Source of the DNA: an uncultured Bacilli bacterium
GTDB lineage: Bacteria > Bacillota_I > Bacilli_A > RF39 > UBA660
Length of the DNA stretch: 52,265 nucleotides
Direction of reading: 5' to 3'
NCBI GenBank assembly: GCA_944363995.1
Contig: CALVVV010000001.1
Location: forward strand, 1-52,265
The translations under genes were made by a program, and so were the position numbers. The notes beneath the pieces are model-generated. The model was not told where the DNA came from, ran no database searches, and was given only the letters and a program-made list of their open reading frames with translations. Below, piece after piece: positions 38,566 through 47,782 of the stretch. How positions within the stretch are numbered: the first letter of the stretch is position 1; each line of letters starts with the position of its first letter.

Positions 38566-38968
38566 AATTATTTTTTTTATTATATCTTATAAATATAAGC
38601 ATTAAAAGCAAAATACTAACTCCACATATGCTTATAATATAAATTAATTGATTATTCGATTGCACCATAGTCGGATTTTTTTCTTCAGTATCTATTTTAA
38701 TTATATATTCACCATCTGCGGAATACAAAAAATTTTCTTTAGCATACCTTGCTACATATTCAGGATCATTTAATTTTTCAATTTCTATTTTTAAATTGGC
38801 TTTTTCATCTTGTAAAGATATTAACTCATTTTTTAAATCATTTTCTTCTTTTTTTAAATAAAAATAATTATATGAATATGAAAAAAGAATAACAAAAAAA
38901 TAAGCTATTGCAATAATAGAAGGAATTCCTAATAATATAAATCTTCTTTTTGACTTTTTTTTCATCAT
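38549..38968 (-). CDS. divIC: Septum formation initiator (DivIC/FtsB family)
   Basis: N-terminal TM helix, then a coiled coil (LKNELISLQDEKANLKIEIEKL) and DPEYVARYAKENF. It has an extra C-terminal TM helix. It sits after yabP-yabQ, as in Bacillus. Confidence 0.7.
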   Translation of the reverse strand: MMKKKSKRRFILLGIPSIIAIAYFFVILFSYSYNYFYLKKEENDLKNELISLQDEKANLKIEIEKLNDPEYVARYAKENFLYSADGEYIIKIDTEEKNPTMVQSNNQLIYIISICGVSILLLMLIFIRYNKKNNLKKQF

Positions 38969-38993
38969 TATTACTCTCCTACTTAAGATTATA

Positions 38994-39275
38994 TCATTTT
39001 TTTAGTAATAATACAATTTTTTTTACTAATCTTTTTAAACAATTTTCTAAAATAAAACCAATAGTAAAAGCAAATATATAAAAAGGATGAATAATAGCAT
39101 TATTTAATTTTAATAAAATAATAAAGTATAACAAAGCACTTATTATCACAAATAAAAATGTTAATAATATATTAAATAATTTGTTTTTATAAATTATTGT
39201 TATTAAAAATGTAAAAACAATACCAAAAGCAATCGAAAAAATAGATGTTATTATTTGAATATTTAAATTCATCAT
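38994..39275 (-). CDS. yabQ: Spore cortex biosynthesis protein YabQ
   Basis: 93-aa protein with three TM helices that overlaps the yabP stop. The assignment is mainly positional. Confidence 0.6.
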   Translation of the reverse strand: MMNLNIQIITSIFSIAFGIVFTFLITIIYKNKLFNILLTFLFVIISALLYFIILLKLNNAIIHPFYIFAFTIGFILENCLKRLVKKIVLLLKK

Positions 39276-39553
39276 TTAAACAATTTACTAAATACTCCTT
39301 CTTCTTTTTTGGAATTGTCAATATAAGTAAGACTTATAATTATTCCTTTTATGGAAACTGTTCCTTGATAAGTGTCTAATTTTATTATTTCTAATTCATT
39401 ACCTTTTATTGTTATATTACCCATCGTGGTTTCTAATAAAAATTCCTCATCATCGAAACTTTCTATTTTTTTTACGCCACTAATTATGATATTTTTTCGT
39501 TCATTAATTGTAATATTATGATTTAAATTAGTTATTGCATCAATCTTGTCCAT
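39272..39553 (-). CDS. yabP: Sporulation protein YabP
   Basis: ITINERKNIIISGVKKIESFDDEEFLLETTMGNITIKGNELEI is the YabP pattern. Confidence 0.85.
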   Translation of the reverse strand: MDKIDAITNLNHNITINERKNIIISGVKKIESFDDEEFLLETTMGNITIKGNELEIIKLDTYQGTVSIKGIIISLTYIDNSKKEEGVFSKLFK

Positions 39554-39608
39554 GATTAGCCTCCTTTTATTAAAATATATGAAAAAAATATAACTTTTAT
39601 GTTATATT

Positions 39609-40598
39609 TTATATCCAAACTCCCCATAATATAGCTAATGCTGCTAAGACAATACCAAAAAACCAAAACATCTTTACAATATCCAACTCTTGCCAACCAA
39701 GTTTTTCAAAATGATGATGAAGAGGAGTCATTAGAAATAATCTTTTTCCAGTAAATCTTACTGATAATCTTTGAATAATACATACCAAAGTTTCAATAAC
39801 AAAAACTCCCGCTACAACAATAAGTGTCAATTCGTGACTAGAAACAATCGAAACAGCTGCTAAAGTACCGCCTAAAGCTAAAGAACCAGTATCCCCCATA
39901 AAAACTTTTGCAGGATATGTATTAAAAAAGCAAAAAGCTATTAATGCACCAACAAGGATAAAACAAAAAACACCAATATCTTCATTTCCTTCAAGGCCTA
40001 TTGAAGCCCATGCAATCATACCAAAAGCTAAAAAGGCAATAGCCGACAAACCACCAGCTAAACCATCTAAACCATCAGTTAAATTAACAGCATTAGTAGT
40101 TGCCACTAACATAATTAATATAAGTAACCAATAAAACCAACCTAAATTTATTTCTAAACCAAATGTATAAACTTCCAAAATTGGTTCACGACCACCCATA
40201 CGAAATAAAAGGAAGAAGATTAAAGCAATAAATATTTGACCTATTATTTTTTGAAATTCACTTAATCCCACATTATTATGCCTTTTTATAATTAAATAAT
40301 CATCAATAAAACCAAGTAATGCATAGGCTAAAAAAACAAAAATTACAATTCCTAAATTATAAGTAAGTTCTAATTTATTCCATATCAATAAAATAATAAT
40401 AGAAACTATTGTGGGAATAATAAAAATTAATCCCCCCATAGTAGGTGTTCCATCTTTTTCTTTATGTTTACTTAAAAAAACACTAACAGTTTGCTTAATA
40501 TTCATTTTTTTTAATAATGGAATTAATAAAACTCCAAATATGATTGATAAAATGAATCCTATCATGAATGCTAAAACAGCTTTTGCTAATATTAACAC
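39609..40598 (-). CDS. mraY: Phospho-N-acetylmuramoyl-pentapeptide transferase MraY
   Basis: GTPTMGG, NAVNLTDGLDGLA, GDTGSLALGG and HHHFE motifs. GTG start follows the RBS GGAGA. Confidence 0.95.
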   Translation of the reverse strand: MLILAKAVLAFMIGFILSIIFGVLLIPLLKKMNIKQTVSVFLSKHKEKDGTPTMGGLIFIIPTIVSIIILLIWNKLELTYNLGIVIFVFLAYALLGFIDDYLIIKRHNNVGLSEFQKIIGQIFIALIFFLLFRMGGREPILEVYTFGLEINLGWFYWLLILIMLVATTNAVNLTDGLDGLAGGLSAIAFLAFGMIAWASIGLEGNEDIGVFCFILVGALIAFCFFNTYPAKVFMGDTGSLALGGTLAAVSIVSSHELTLIVVAGVFVIETLVCIIQRLSVRFTGKRLFLMTPLHHHFEKLGWQELDIVKMFWFFGIVLAALAILWGVWI

Positions 40599-40609
40599 AA
40601 CCTCATCTC

Positions 40610-41926
40610 CTATTTTATATTTTTCAAAATAACTTCTTTATCGTCAAAATGATATTTTATACCATTAATTAATTGATAATTTTCATGGCCTTTTCCAAGC
40701 ACTAATAGTATATCATTTTTCGTAAGCATTTGTATACCCTTTATAATAGCATTTTCTCTATTTAAAATAATTTCGTAATTAAATTTGTCAAGATTATGTA
40801 ACATATCACTAATAATATTATTAGGATTTTCACCACGTGGATTATCATTAGTTAAAATTACAAAATCACTATTATGACAAGCTATATTACTCATAATCGA
40901 CCTTTTAGCACTATCTCTATCACCACCGCAACCAATAATTGTTATAATGTGATTAGGGTTTAGCTCTTTGACTGAACTAATTATTTTTAAAACAGCATCA
41001 GGAGTATGCGCATAATCCACAATTAACAAATTATCATCTTTTCGAATAATGTCCATTCGTCCTTTTGGACACTCTAATTCACTTATAACACTTGTATCTA
41101 ATTTTAATTCAGATAATAATGCTATTACAACTAACATATTATATAAATTATGTTTCCCAATTAACTTCGATTTATAACTTATGTTGTTTACTTTAAAGCA
41201 ACTACCATTTAATGTTATTTGATAATCTGTTAAATAATAATCACTTTTTGATAACCCATAAGTTATACTATTATTTTTTAAAAAATAATCTTTATATTTA
41301 TCATCAATATTAACAAACGTTTTATCAGTTACATTATCAAATAATATTTGTTTTGCTTTAATATAATTTTCAATCGTTTTGTGATAATCTAAATGATCCA
41401 TAGTTATATTAGAAAATATTCCATAAGTAAATTTTAACTTATCTAACCTTTTCATATCTAAAGCATGACTACTACATTCCATAACTACATATTCAATATT
41501 TTTATTGGCGCATTCTAACAATAATTCATATATTTCTAAAATATCAGGAGTTGTATTGTTTAAATCTTTAATTTTTTTATCTAAATAGAAACCAATTGTT
41601 CCAATATAAGCACATTTTATATTTAATTTATTTAAAGCTTGATATATTAAAAAGCAAGTAGTTGTTTTACCATTAGTACCAGTCATACCAATTAATTTTA
41701 AATGTTTAATTTTATCATAATAAGTATTATATAAATATTCAACTAAATATGCATGAGTATCTTTAACTTTAATTGTTTCAACATCATAATTTCCTTCTTC
41801 CACAATTACTTTTGTGGCCCCTTTACTAATAGCATCTAATACATAATCATGACCATCATTAATCTTTCTTAATGCGATAAACGTATCGCCTTTTTCGATT
41901 TTTCGCGAATCATCTTTTATTTTCAA
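40610..41926 (-). CDS. murE: UDP-MurNAc-L-Ala-D-Glu:diamino-acid ligase MurE (carries the DNPR motif)
   Basis: DSRKIEKGDTFIAL, GMTGTNGKTTT, MECSSHAL, DHLDYH, GCGGDRD, NDNPRGE and GKGHE motifs. TTG 41926 follows the RBS GGGTGA. Confidence 0.9.
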   Translation of the reverse strand: MKIKDDSRKIEKGDTFIALRKINDGHDYVLDAISKGATKVIVEEGNYDVETIKVKDTHAYLVEYLYNTYYDKIKHLKLIGMTGTNGKTTTCFLIYQALNKLNIKCAYIGTIGFYLDKKIKDLNNTTPDILEIYELLLECANKNIEYVVMECSSHALDMKRLDKLKFTYGIFSNITMDHLDYHKTIENYIKAKQILFDNVTDKTFVNIDDKYKDYFLKNNSITYGLSKSDYYLTDYQITLNGSCFKVNNISYKSKLIGKHNLYNMLVVIALLSELKLDTSVISELECPKGRMDIIRKDDNLLIVDYAHTPDAVLKIISSVKELNPNHIITIIGCGGDRDSAKRSIMSNIACHNSDFVILTNDNPRGENPNNIISDMLHNLDKFNYEIILNRENAIIKGIQMLTKNDILLVLGKGHENYQLINGIKYHFDDKEVILKNIK

Positions 41927-41991
41927 TATAATCACCCATTATATAATATTCAATTTTAGGAAAAATGTGGTAAAATATAAGTGGTGAGATA

Positions 41992-43734
41992 ATGAAAAAA
42001 ATTATTTTTTTAATTATATTATTAGTACCTATAAAAATTTATTCTATGGAACAAGCTGTTGTTGATATTAATGAATTAAATATTTATCAAATTCAAGAAT
42101 ATGTTGATAAAGGTTATTTAAACTATGAAAAATTAATTAAATTATATTTAGAAAGAATTGAACAATATAATAAACAATATAATGCTTTAATAACAATTAA
42201 TGAAAATGCGATAGAAGAAGCTAAAAAGCTTGATTTAGAATATCAAAAAAGTGGTCGAAGAAGTTTAATTCATGGTTTACCAGTTATAGTCAAAGATAAT
42301 ATTGATGTTGAAGGGTTACCTACTACCAATGGTACAAAAGGCTTGTTAGATTCTTATCCATATAAAAATAGTAGTGTTGTTCAAAAATTAATTGATAATG
42401 GAGCTATTATTATTGCTAAAGCAAACATGGATGAATTTGCTTTTAATGCAACTTACACTTATAGTAGCTTTGGATACACTTATAATGCTTATAACACTAA
42501 CTATTCCTCATATGGTTCTTCTGGCGGTAGTGCGGTTGCCGTAGCTAGTAATTTAGCTGTATTTGCTTTAGGAACTGATACAGGAAGTTCAATCAGAGTT
42601 CCTAGTAGTGCAAACGGAGTTGTCGGAATTAGGCCTACTTTTGATTTAATAAATACTGATGGTGTAATTAAATTTGAAGAAACTAGGGATGTTGTTGGTA
42701 TTATTACTAAATATGTAAGTGATAGCGCTATTATATTAGATCTTATTGATAATGCTGAAATAAACTATGTAAATTATTTAAATAAATCATTAAAAGGAAT
42801 TAAAATTGCTGTCATTAAAGGCTTTATGAATCCTAATACTAACAGTAATAGTATTGATTATGGAAAAACTGATAAATTTATATATGACATGATGAACACT
42901 GCAATTGCTGATTTGGAAAACTTAGGAGCTGAAATAATTTATTTAGATAATTTTTATTTAACCTATAAATTTGATGCTACTACTATGTGTTATAATTTTA
43001 ATGAATACATAAAAGGAACATCTAGCAAAATTAAAAGTTTAAATGATTTAATTAACAATGGTGGTTATACTCAAAATATTGAATATTATAACAATTTTTA
43101 TTGCAATAACGATTATAAAAAAACAGATGCTTACCAAACCTATTTAAACATTAGGAATAATAATATCAAAACAGCAAATAATAAATTTATTGAAAATGAT
43201 ATAGATGCTATTATTTATCCTACTTTAAAAACAGAATTATATACTATTGAAGAAGCAAAGTATAAACAAATTTATACACCTAGTTCTAGTACTGCTCCTT
43301 TAATTGGATTTCCAGCTATTAGTATTCCTATGGGTTTTTATAATAATTTACCTTATGGATTAGAAATAATGACACAAGCAAATAATGAAAAAATAATATA
43401 TCAGATTGCAAGTGCTTATGAAAATTTGAACAATTATTATCAAACACCTAGTATTGCTCCTAGCCTTTATGAAATACCATCAGAAATTAATAATTTATTA
43501 GAATATTATGATTTATTTAAAAATAATAAACAATATGAAACAATAAATAATGAAGTTAAAAATTATTTAATTAATTTTGATGGTAATGTTGATAATATAA
43601 ATTATTTAATTAATAAATATGATGAAAAAAACTTAATTGATGAACCAACGATAAAAAACGATGATTGTAACTATATTATTATTTTATTAGGTATATTAAT
43701 TGTTATAATTATAATTAAGAAGGTGAAAAAATGA
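41992..43734 (+). CDS. Amidase-signature family enzyme with a signal peptide and a C-terminal membrane anchor
   Basis: Signal peptide MKKIIFLIILLVPIKIYS. Catalytic Lys context VIVKDNIDV. Signature GSSGGSAVAVASN...GTDTGSSIRVPSS. C-terminal TM helix IIILLGILIVIIII followed by KKVKK. Confidence 0.85.
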   Translation: MKKIIFLIILLVPIKIYSMEQAVVDINELNIYQIQEYVDKGYLNYEKLIKLYLERIEQYNKQYNALITINENAIEEAKKLDLEYQKSGRRSLIHGLPVIVKDNIDVEGLPTTNGTKGLLDSYPYKNSSVVQKLIDNGAIIIAKANMDEFAFNATYTYSSFGYTYNAYNTNYSSYGSSGGSAVAVASNLAVFALGTDTGSSIRVPSSANGVVGIRPTFDLINTDGVIKFEETRDVVGIITKYVSDSAIILDLIDNAEINYVNYLNKSLKGIKIAVIKGFMNPNTNSNSIDYGKTDKFIYDMMNTAIADLENLGAEIIYLDNFYLTYKFDATTMCYNFNEYIKGTSSKIKSLNDLINNGGYTQNIEYYNNFYCNNDYKKTDAYQTYLNIRNNNIKTANNKFIENDIDAIIYPTLKTELYTIEEAKYKQIYTPSSSTAPLIGFPAISIPMGFYNNLPYGLEIMTQANNEKIIYQIASAYENLNNYYQTPSIAPSLYEIPSEINNLLEYYDLFKNNKQYETINNEVKNYLINFDGNVDNINYLINKYDEKNLIDEPTIKNDDCNYIIILLGILIVIIIIKKVKK

Positions 43735-45140
43735 AACTAAATGAATTAATTAATTGTCCCTATGATATTTTCATAACAGGTATTAAAACAAGCTCTGTTA
43801 ATATTCAAAAGGGTGATTTATTTATATGTATTGATAGTAAAACAATGGATCGACATTTATTCATTGATGATGCCATCAGTAAAGGTGCTGCAGCAGTTAT
43901 TGTTAAACATGATATTGGATCAAAAACTGTACCAATTATTAAAGTAAATAATCCCAATCAAGTATTTGTTGATATAATTAATAAATTTTATAATTATCCT
44001 ACTAATAAATTACAAATGATTGGAGTAACAGGAACTGATGGTAAAACAACAGTGGCAACAATTATATATCAGTTATTAAATAATTGTGCATATATTGGAA
44101 CTAATGGAATTATATATAATAAATATAACGAAAAAACTAATAATACTACTCCTAGTCTTGATAAAACAATTCCTTTATTTGCTGACATGATTAAAAACGG
44201 CATTAAAACAGTTAGCATGGAAGTTTCAAGTGAAGCTTTATATTATGATCGTGTCAATGGAATTAAATTTAATTGTAGTATTTTAACAAATATTACAAAA
44301 GAACATTTAAACACGCATAAGACACTTGAAAATTATGTTAATTGTAAATGCAAATTATTTGATAATACCATCGGACCTTGTATTTTAAATAAAGATGATG
44401 AACACTATTTAGAAGTCAGTAAACATTGTAAAAATATTAAAACTTATGGTAACAGCAATGATAATGATTTATATTTTAAAGATGTTAAATTATTAAAAAA
44501 TAAAACTTTATTTACCATTGTTTATCAAAATAAAGAATATAAAATTATAAGCCCTTTAATTGCTATGTTTAACGTTTATAACTTATGTGCTGCTTTATTA
44601 GCCTTATTAAGTTTAGGTTACAATATAGAATTTCTAATTGATAAGATTAAATTTATTAAAATTAGTGGTCGTCTTGAAAATATTGACCTAGGTCAAAAAT
44701 TTCAAGTGTTTGTCGATTACGCACATACTCCTAACGGTATTAGTAAATTATTAGAATTTATGAATAGTTTCAATCATAATAAATTAATTGTAGTTTTTTC
44801 CGAACCAGGTAGACGTGATAAATCAAAAAGAGCTAGTAAAGGATATAATGTTATTACTAATTGTGATTATGCTATTATAACTAGTCAAGACCCAAGAGAT
44901 GAAGATCCGATGGATATTGCTAATGATTTAATAAGCAAAGTTAAAAATTACACAAATTATGAAATAATTTTAGATCGCAGTGAAGCTATCAAAAAAGCAA
45001 TCAATATTGCCAATAATAATGATATCGTTTTAATTATTGGCAAAGGTAATGAAAATTACCAAATATTTAAAGATAAAATTGTTGAATTTTGTGATATTGA
45101 TGAAGTTAAAAAACATTTAAAAAATCTACTAAACAAGTAG
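43731..45140 (+). CDS. Divergent MurE-like Mur ligase paralog
   Basis: GVTGTDGKTT and VDYAHTP are conserved. Other motifs are altered: MEVSSEAL, KEHLNTH, EPGRRDKSKR instead of GCGGDRD, QDPRDE instead of DNPR, and GKGNE. The ATG overlaps the amidase stop (ATGA) and follows the RBS GAAGGTGA. Confidence 0.8.
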   Translation: MKLNELINCPYDIFITGIKTSSVNIQKGDLFICIDSKTMDRHLFIDDAISKGAAAVIVKHDIGSKTVPIIKVNNPNQVFVDIINKFYNYPTNKLQMIGVTGTDGKTTVATIIYQLLNNCAYIGTNGIIYNKYNEKTNNTTPSLDKTIPLFADMIKNGIKTVSMEVSSEALYYDRVNGIKFNCSILTNITKEHLNTHKTLENYVNCKCKLFDNTIGPCILNKDDEHYLEVSKHCKNIKTYGNSNDNDLYFKDVKLLKNKTLFTIVYQNKEYKIISPLIAMFNVYNLCAALLALLSLGYNIEFLIDKIKFIKISGRLENIDLGQKFQVFVDYAHTPNGISKLLEFMNSFNHNKLIVVFSEPGRRDKSKRASKGYNVITNCDYAIITSQDPRDEDPMDIANDLISKVKNYTNYEIILDRSEAIKKAINIANNNDIVLIIGKGNENYQIFKDKIVEFCDIDEVKKHLKNLLNK

Positions 45141-45147
45141 ATTTTTT
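45120..45147. terminator. Bidirectional terminator between the Mur ligase paralog and the Fic/Doc-like gene
   Basis: AAAATCTAC pairs with GTAGATTTT around a 7-nt loop. Confidence 0.6.
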
Positions 45148-45958
45148 AATCAGATGAAGGTTTTTTCACTAAAGTTTTTTCCTCTTTCTTTAATTCTTCA
45201 ACTATATCTAAATCATAAATAGAGTCACAAATTTTATAATAATAAAATTGATTTAATGATGTGTAATCACGTTTTTTCATTGCTTTAATTAATGCATCTT
45301 TATATTCTTCACGTTCTTTTGTTTTTATATAAACAGGTGGTAAATTATATTTTTTGAGCATTAAATTTAACAAAGCTCGAAATGTTCTTTTATTACCATC
45401 AGCAAATGGTTGATTTTTTATTAATTCAGTTGTAATGTATATACAAACATTGATATAAGTAAATATAGAACTAGGATCAGAAAAATGTACATCAGGTAAT
45501 TTCATACCAATAAATGATTGAAAATATTTTTTAGCTTCTATAGCTGAAGGAACCTCAATTATTTCATTTTTTAAAACTGCGGTATTGTCGCGTAGACGTC
45601 CTCCAAATTCTGGATATGGACATGCAGAATATAATAATGAATGAATCTTTAAAGCTTCAACGAATATGTCAAATTTTTGATTTTCAAAATCATAATCTTT
45701 TATATAATCGTATACTTTTTCTAAGCCTTTTCTTTCTTCTTCACTAATTTCTTCATCAATTCTGCTTTCATTATATAAATATTTTCTTTTAAAATTATTA
45801 TATAAAATCTTAAAATGTGGTTTTTCATTAGATTGATAATACAATGTTATAATTTGTTCTGGTATCAAACTATCCCTTTGATATAAACGTTTTTCCTCTT
45901 TTCTTTTTAAATAACCTTCAAAAATTAAAACTATTAAATCACGTAATTCATTTTTCAA
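45146..45958 (-). CDS. Fic/Doc-family protein with a degenerate active-site motif (His replaced by Gln)
   Basis: QPFADGNKRTFRAL stands where HPFxDGNKRT is expected; the CAA codon is at 45410-45412. TTG start follows the RBS GGGGGA. Confidence 0.7.
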   Translation of the reverse strand: MKNELRDLIVLIFEGYLKRKEEKRLYQRDSLIPEQIITLYYQSNEKPHFKILYNNFKRKYLYNESRIDEEISEEERKGLEKVYDYIKDYDFENQKFDIFVEALKIHSLLYSACPYPEFGGRLRDNTAVLKNEIIEVPSAIEAKKYFQSFIGMKLPDVHFSDPSSIFTYINVCIYITTELIKNQPFADGNKRTFRALLNLMLKKYNLPPVYIKTKEREEYKDALIKAMKKRDYTSLNQFYYYKICDSIYDLDIVEELKKEEKTLVKKPSSD

Positions 45959-46162
45959 ATTAAAATCCCCCTTTAAATTGTCACTTATTATAATTTAAAA
46001 TATAAAATTTGTCAAATTTAGTGTAATATTTGTTTAAAACTATGATTTTTATACATTATAAAGTTTTATTTATTAATTATTGTTTTACAATTTATATATC
46101 CCATTGTTCTATTAGTATTATTTTAATATTGTGTCAATGCGCTAAAAAGTATTTTCCAGCAC

Positions 46163-46189
46163 ATAAAAAATGAGAAATTATTTCTCATT
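46163..46189 (-). terminator. Rho-independent terminator of the MurF-like gene
   Basis: On the minus strand: AATGAGAAA-TAA-TTTCTCATT followed by TTTTTAT. The stop codon forms the loop. Confidence 0.65.
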
Positions 46190-47770
46190 AAAAATATCTG
46201 GTAAATCATTTTCTAGCAAAATATAAGTTTCTTCATTTTTAAAATAATTATTGGCAATAGCAATTGCTTCTTTAACATCATTTAAAATAATTAATTTATT
46301 TAAATCAAAATTAGTATCTTTAATCGCATCTTGAATTGGCTTTGTTTGTTCAACGCCTACTAAAATAGCTAAATCAACACTATCAGCTATAAATTTACCA
46401 AAATTATAATTTACCTCATATTGTGAAGTACCCATTTCAATCATTCCAGGCGTAATAATAATTTTATGACCAGGCATTAATTTCAAAACATCTAACGCCA
46501 TTTTAGAGCCAACCGGATTAGAATTATAAGCATCATCTATGTAAGTTATTAAACCTTGTTTACGAATTTGTAAGCGATGTTCAACTGGTCTTATTTGTAA
46601 AACACCTTTTTGTAATTCCTCAATACTTAAGCCCAATTCTTTTCCAACAGCAATTCCAGCTAAAATATTATAAACATTGGCTTCTCCTAATAATTTTGTA
46701 GTAAAATCATAAATATTATTATCATTTTTAAAATTAACTTTAAATTTCATACCTTCACTTGAATATCTAATATTAGTTGCATAAACATCGGCTTTTTGAT
46801 TTAACCCATACCATATTACTTTTACTTTATTTTTTATTTTATAGTTTACTTGCAATTCATCATCAATATTTAAAAATGCTACCCCATCACTTGGTAAAAA
46901 TTCGATTAGTTCAAATTTAGTTTCGGTAGTATTAGCAATCGAACCAAATGTATCTAAATGAGCTGTTCCTATTTTAGTTAAAACACCATATTTAGGTTTA
47001 ACAATACTTGCTCTTGATTTTATATCACCTTTTCTAAAAGCTCCTAATTCGGCTATAAAATAATCATTATATTTATCAATATACTCATTGATAGTCCTAA
47101 TCAAGCCATAATTAGTATTAAAATTTTGAGGTGTTGGAAAAGCGATATATTTAATATTTAAAATATCACTAATAATGTTTTTAGTACTTGTTTTACCATA
47201 ACTACCGGTAACTGCAATTACTTCCATATGATTTAAATTTTTTAACTTTTTATTGGCTTTATTTTTATAATATAAATAAACAATTTTTTCTATTGGTTTA
47301 TTTATAATGTTAGCTAAATATACAATATAATAATTAAAATAAATTAAACTACCTATAACAAAATAATAAATAAAAATTAAATCTGAATCAAACGATAAAT
47401 AGATTGTCAAAATAGGTATTAAATACAATATTAAAATTGTCACACCCATTCTTTTTATTCTACTAGTATATACCAAAGGTTTTTTTATTTGTTCTTTTTT
47501 ATATTTATCTAACATCATAAATATAATTATTAGATAATATAATATAATTAAAACACTTAAAATATTATAATTAACAAAAATTCCAATTAATACTAAAAAT
47601 ATATAAATGTAGTCAAACCAAAGAAAGATAAAACGGCTATTGTTATTAATCCATTTTAGATAACGATTGCCATCATTATACCAATTTTGTTGAAGCATAT
47701 GAAATGCTTTTTTTAAATCAATTATTGTAAATATCATCATAAAAAACAATGCAACGCTAAATAAAAACAT
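46178..47770 (-). CDS. murF: MurF-like Mur ligase (UDP-MurNAc-tripeptide:D-Ala-D-Ala ligase type) with an N-terminal polytopic membrane domain
   Basis: The first about 165 aa form about 5 hydrophobic helices. These are followed by the P-loop VTGSYGKTSTK, DDAYNSNP and PGMIEMG (MurF C-terminal domain pattern). RBS GGAGG. Confidence 0.75.
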   Translation of the reverse strand: MFLFSVALFFMMIFTIIDLKKAFHMLQQNWYNDGNRYLKWINNNSRFIFLWFDYIYIFLVLIGIFVNYNILSVLIILYYLIIIFMMLDKYKKEQIKKPLVYTSRIKRMGVTILILYLIPILTIYLSFDSDLIFIYYFVIGSLIYFNYYIVYLANIINKPIEKIVYLYYKNKANKKLKNLNHMEVIAVTGSYGKTSTKNIISDILNIKYIAFPTPQNFNTNYGLIRTINEYIDKYNDYFIAELGAFRKGDIKSRASIVKPKYGVLTKIGTAHLDTFGSIANTTETKFELIEFLPSDGVAFLNIDDELQVNYKIKNKVKVIWYGLNQKADVYATNIRYSSEGMKFKVNFKNDNNIYDFTTKLLGEANVYNILAGIAVGKELGLSIEELQKGVLQIRPVEHRLQIRKQGLITYIDDAYNSNPVGSKMALDVLKLMPGHKIIITPGMIEMGTSQYEVNYNFGKFIADSVDLAILVGVEQTKPIQDAIKDTNFDLNKLIILNDVKEAIAIANNYFKNEETYILLENDLPDIFNEK

Positions 47771-47782
47771 ATTTATTACCTC

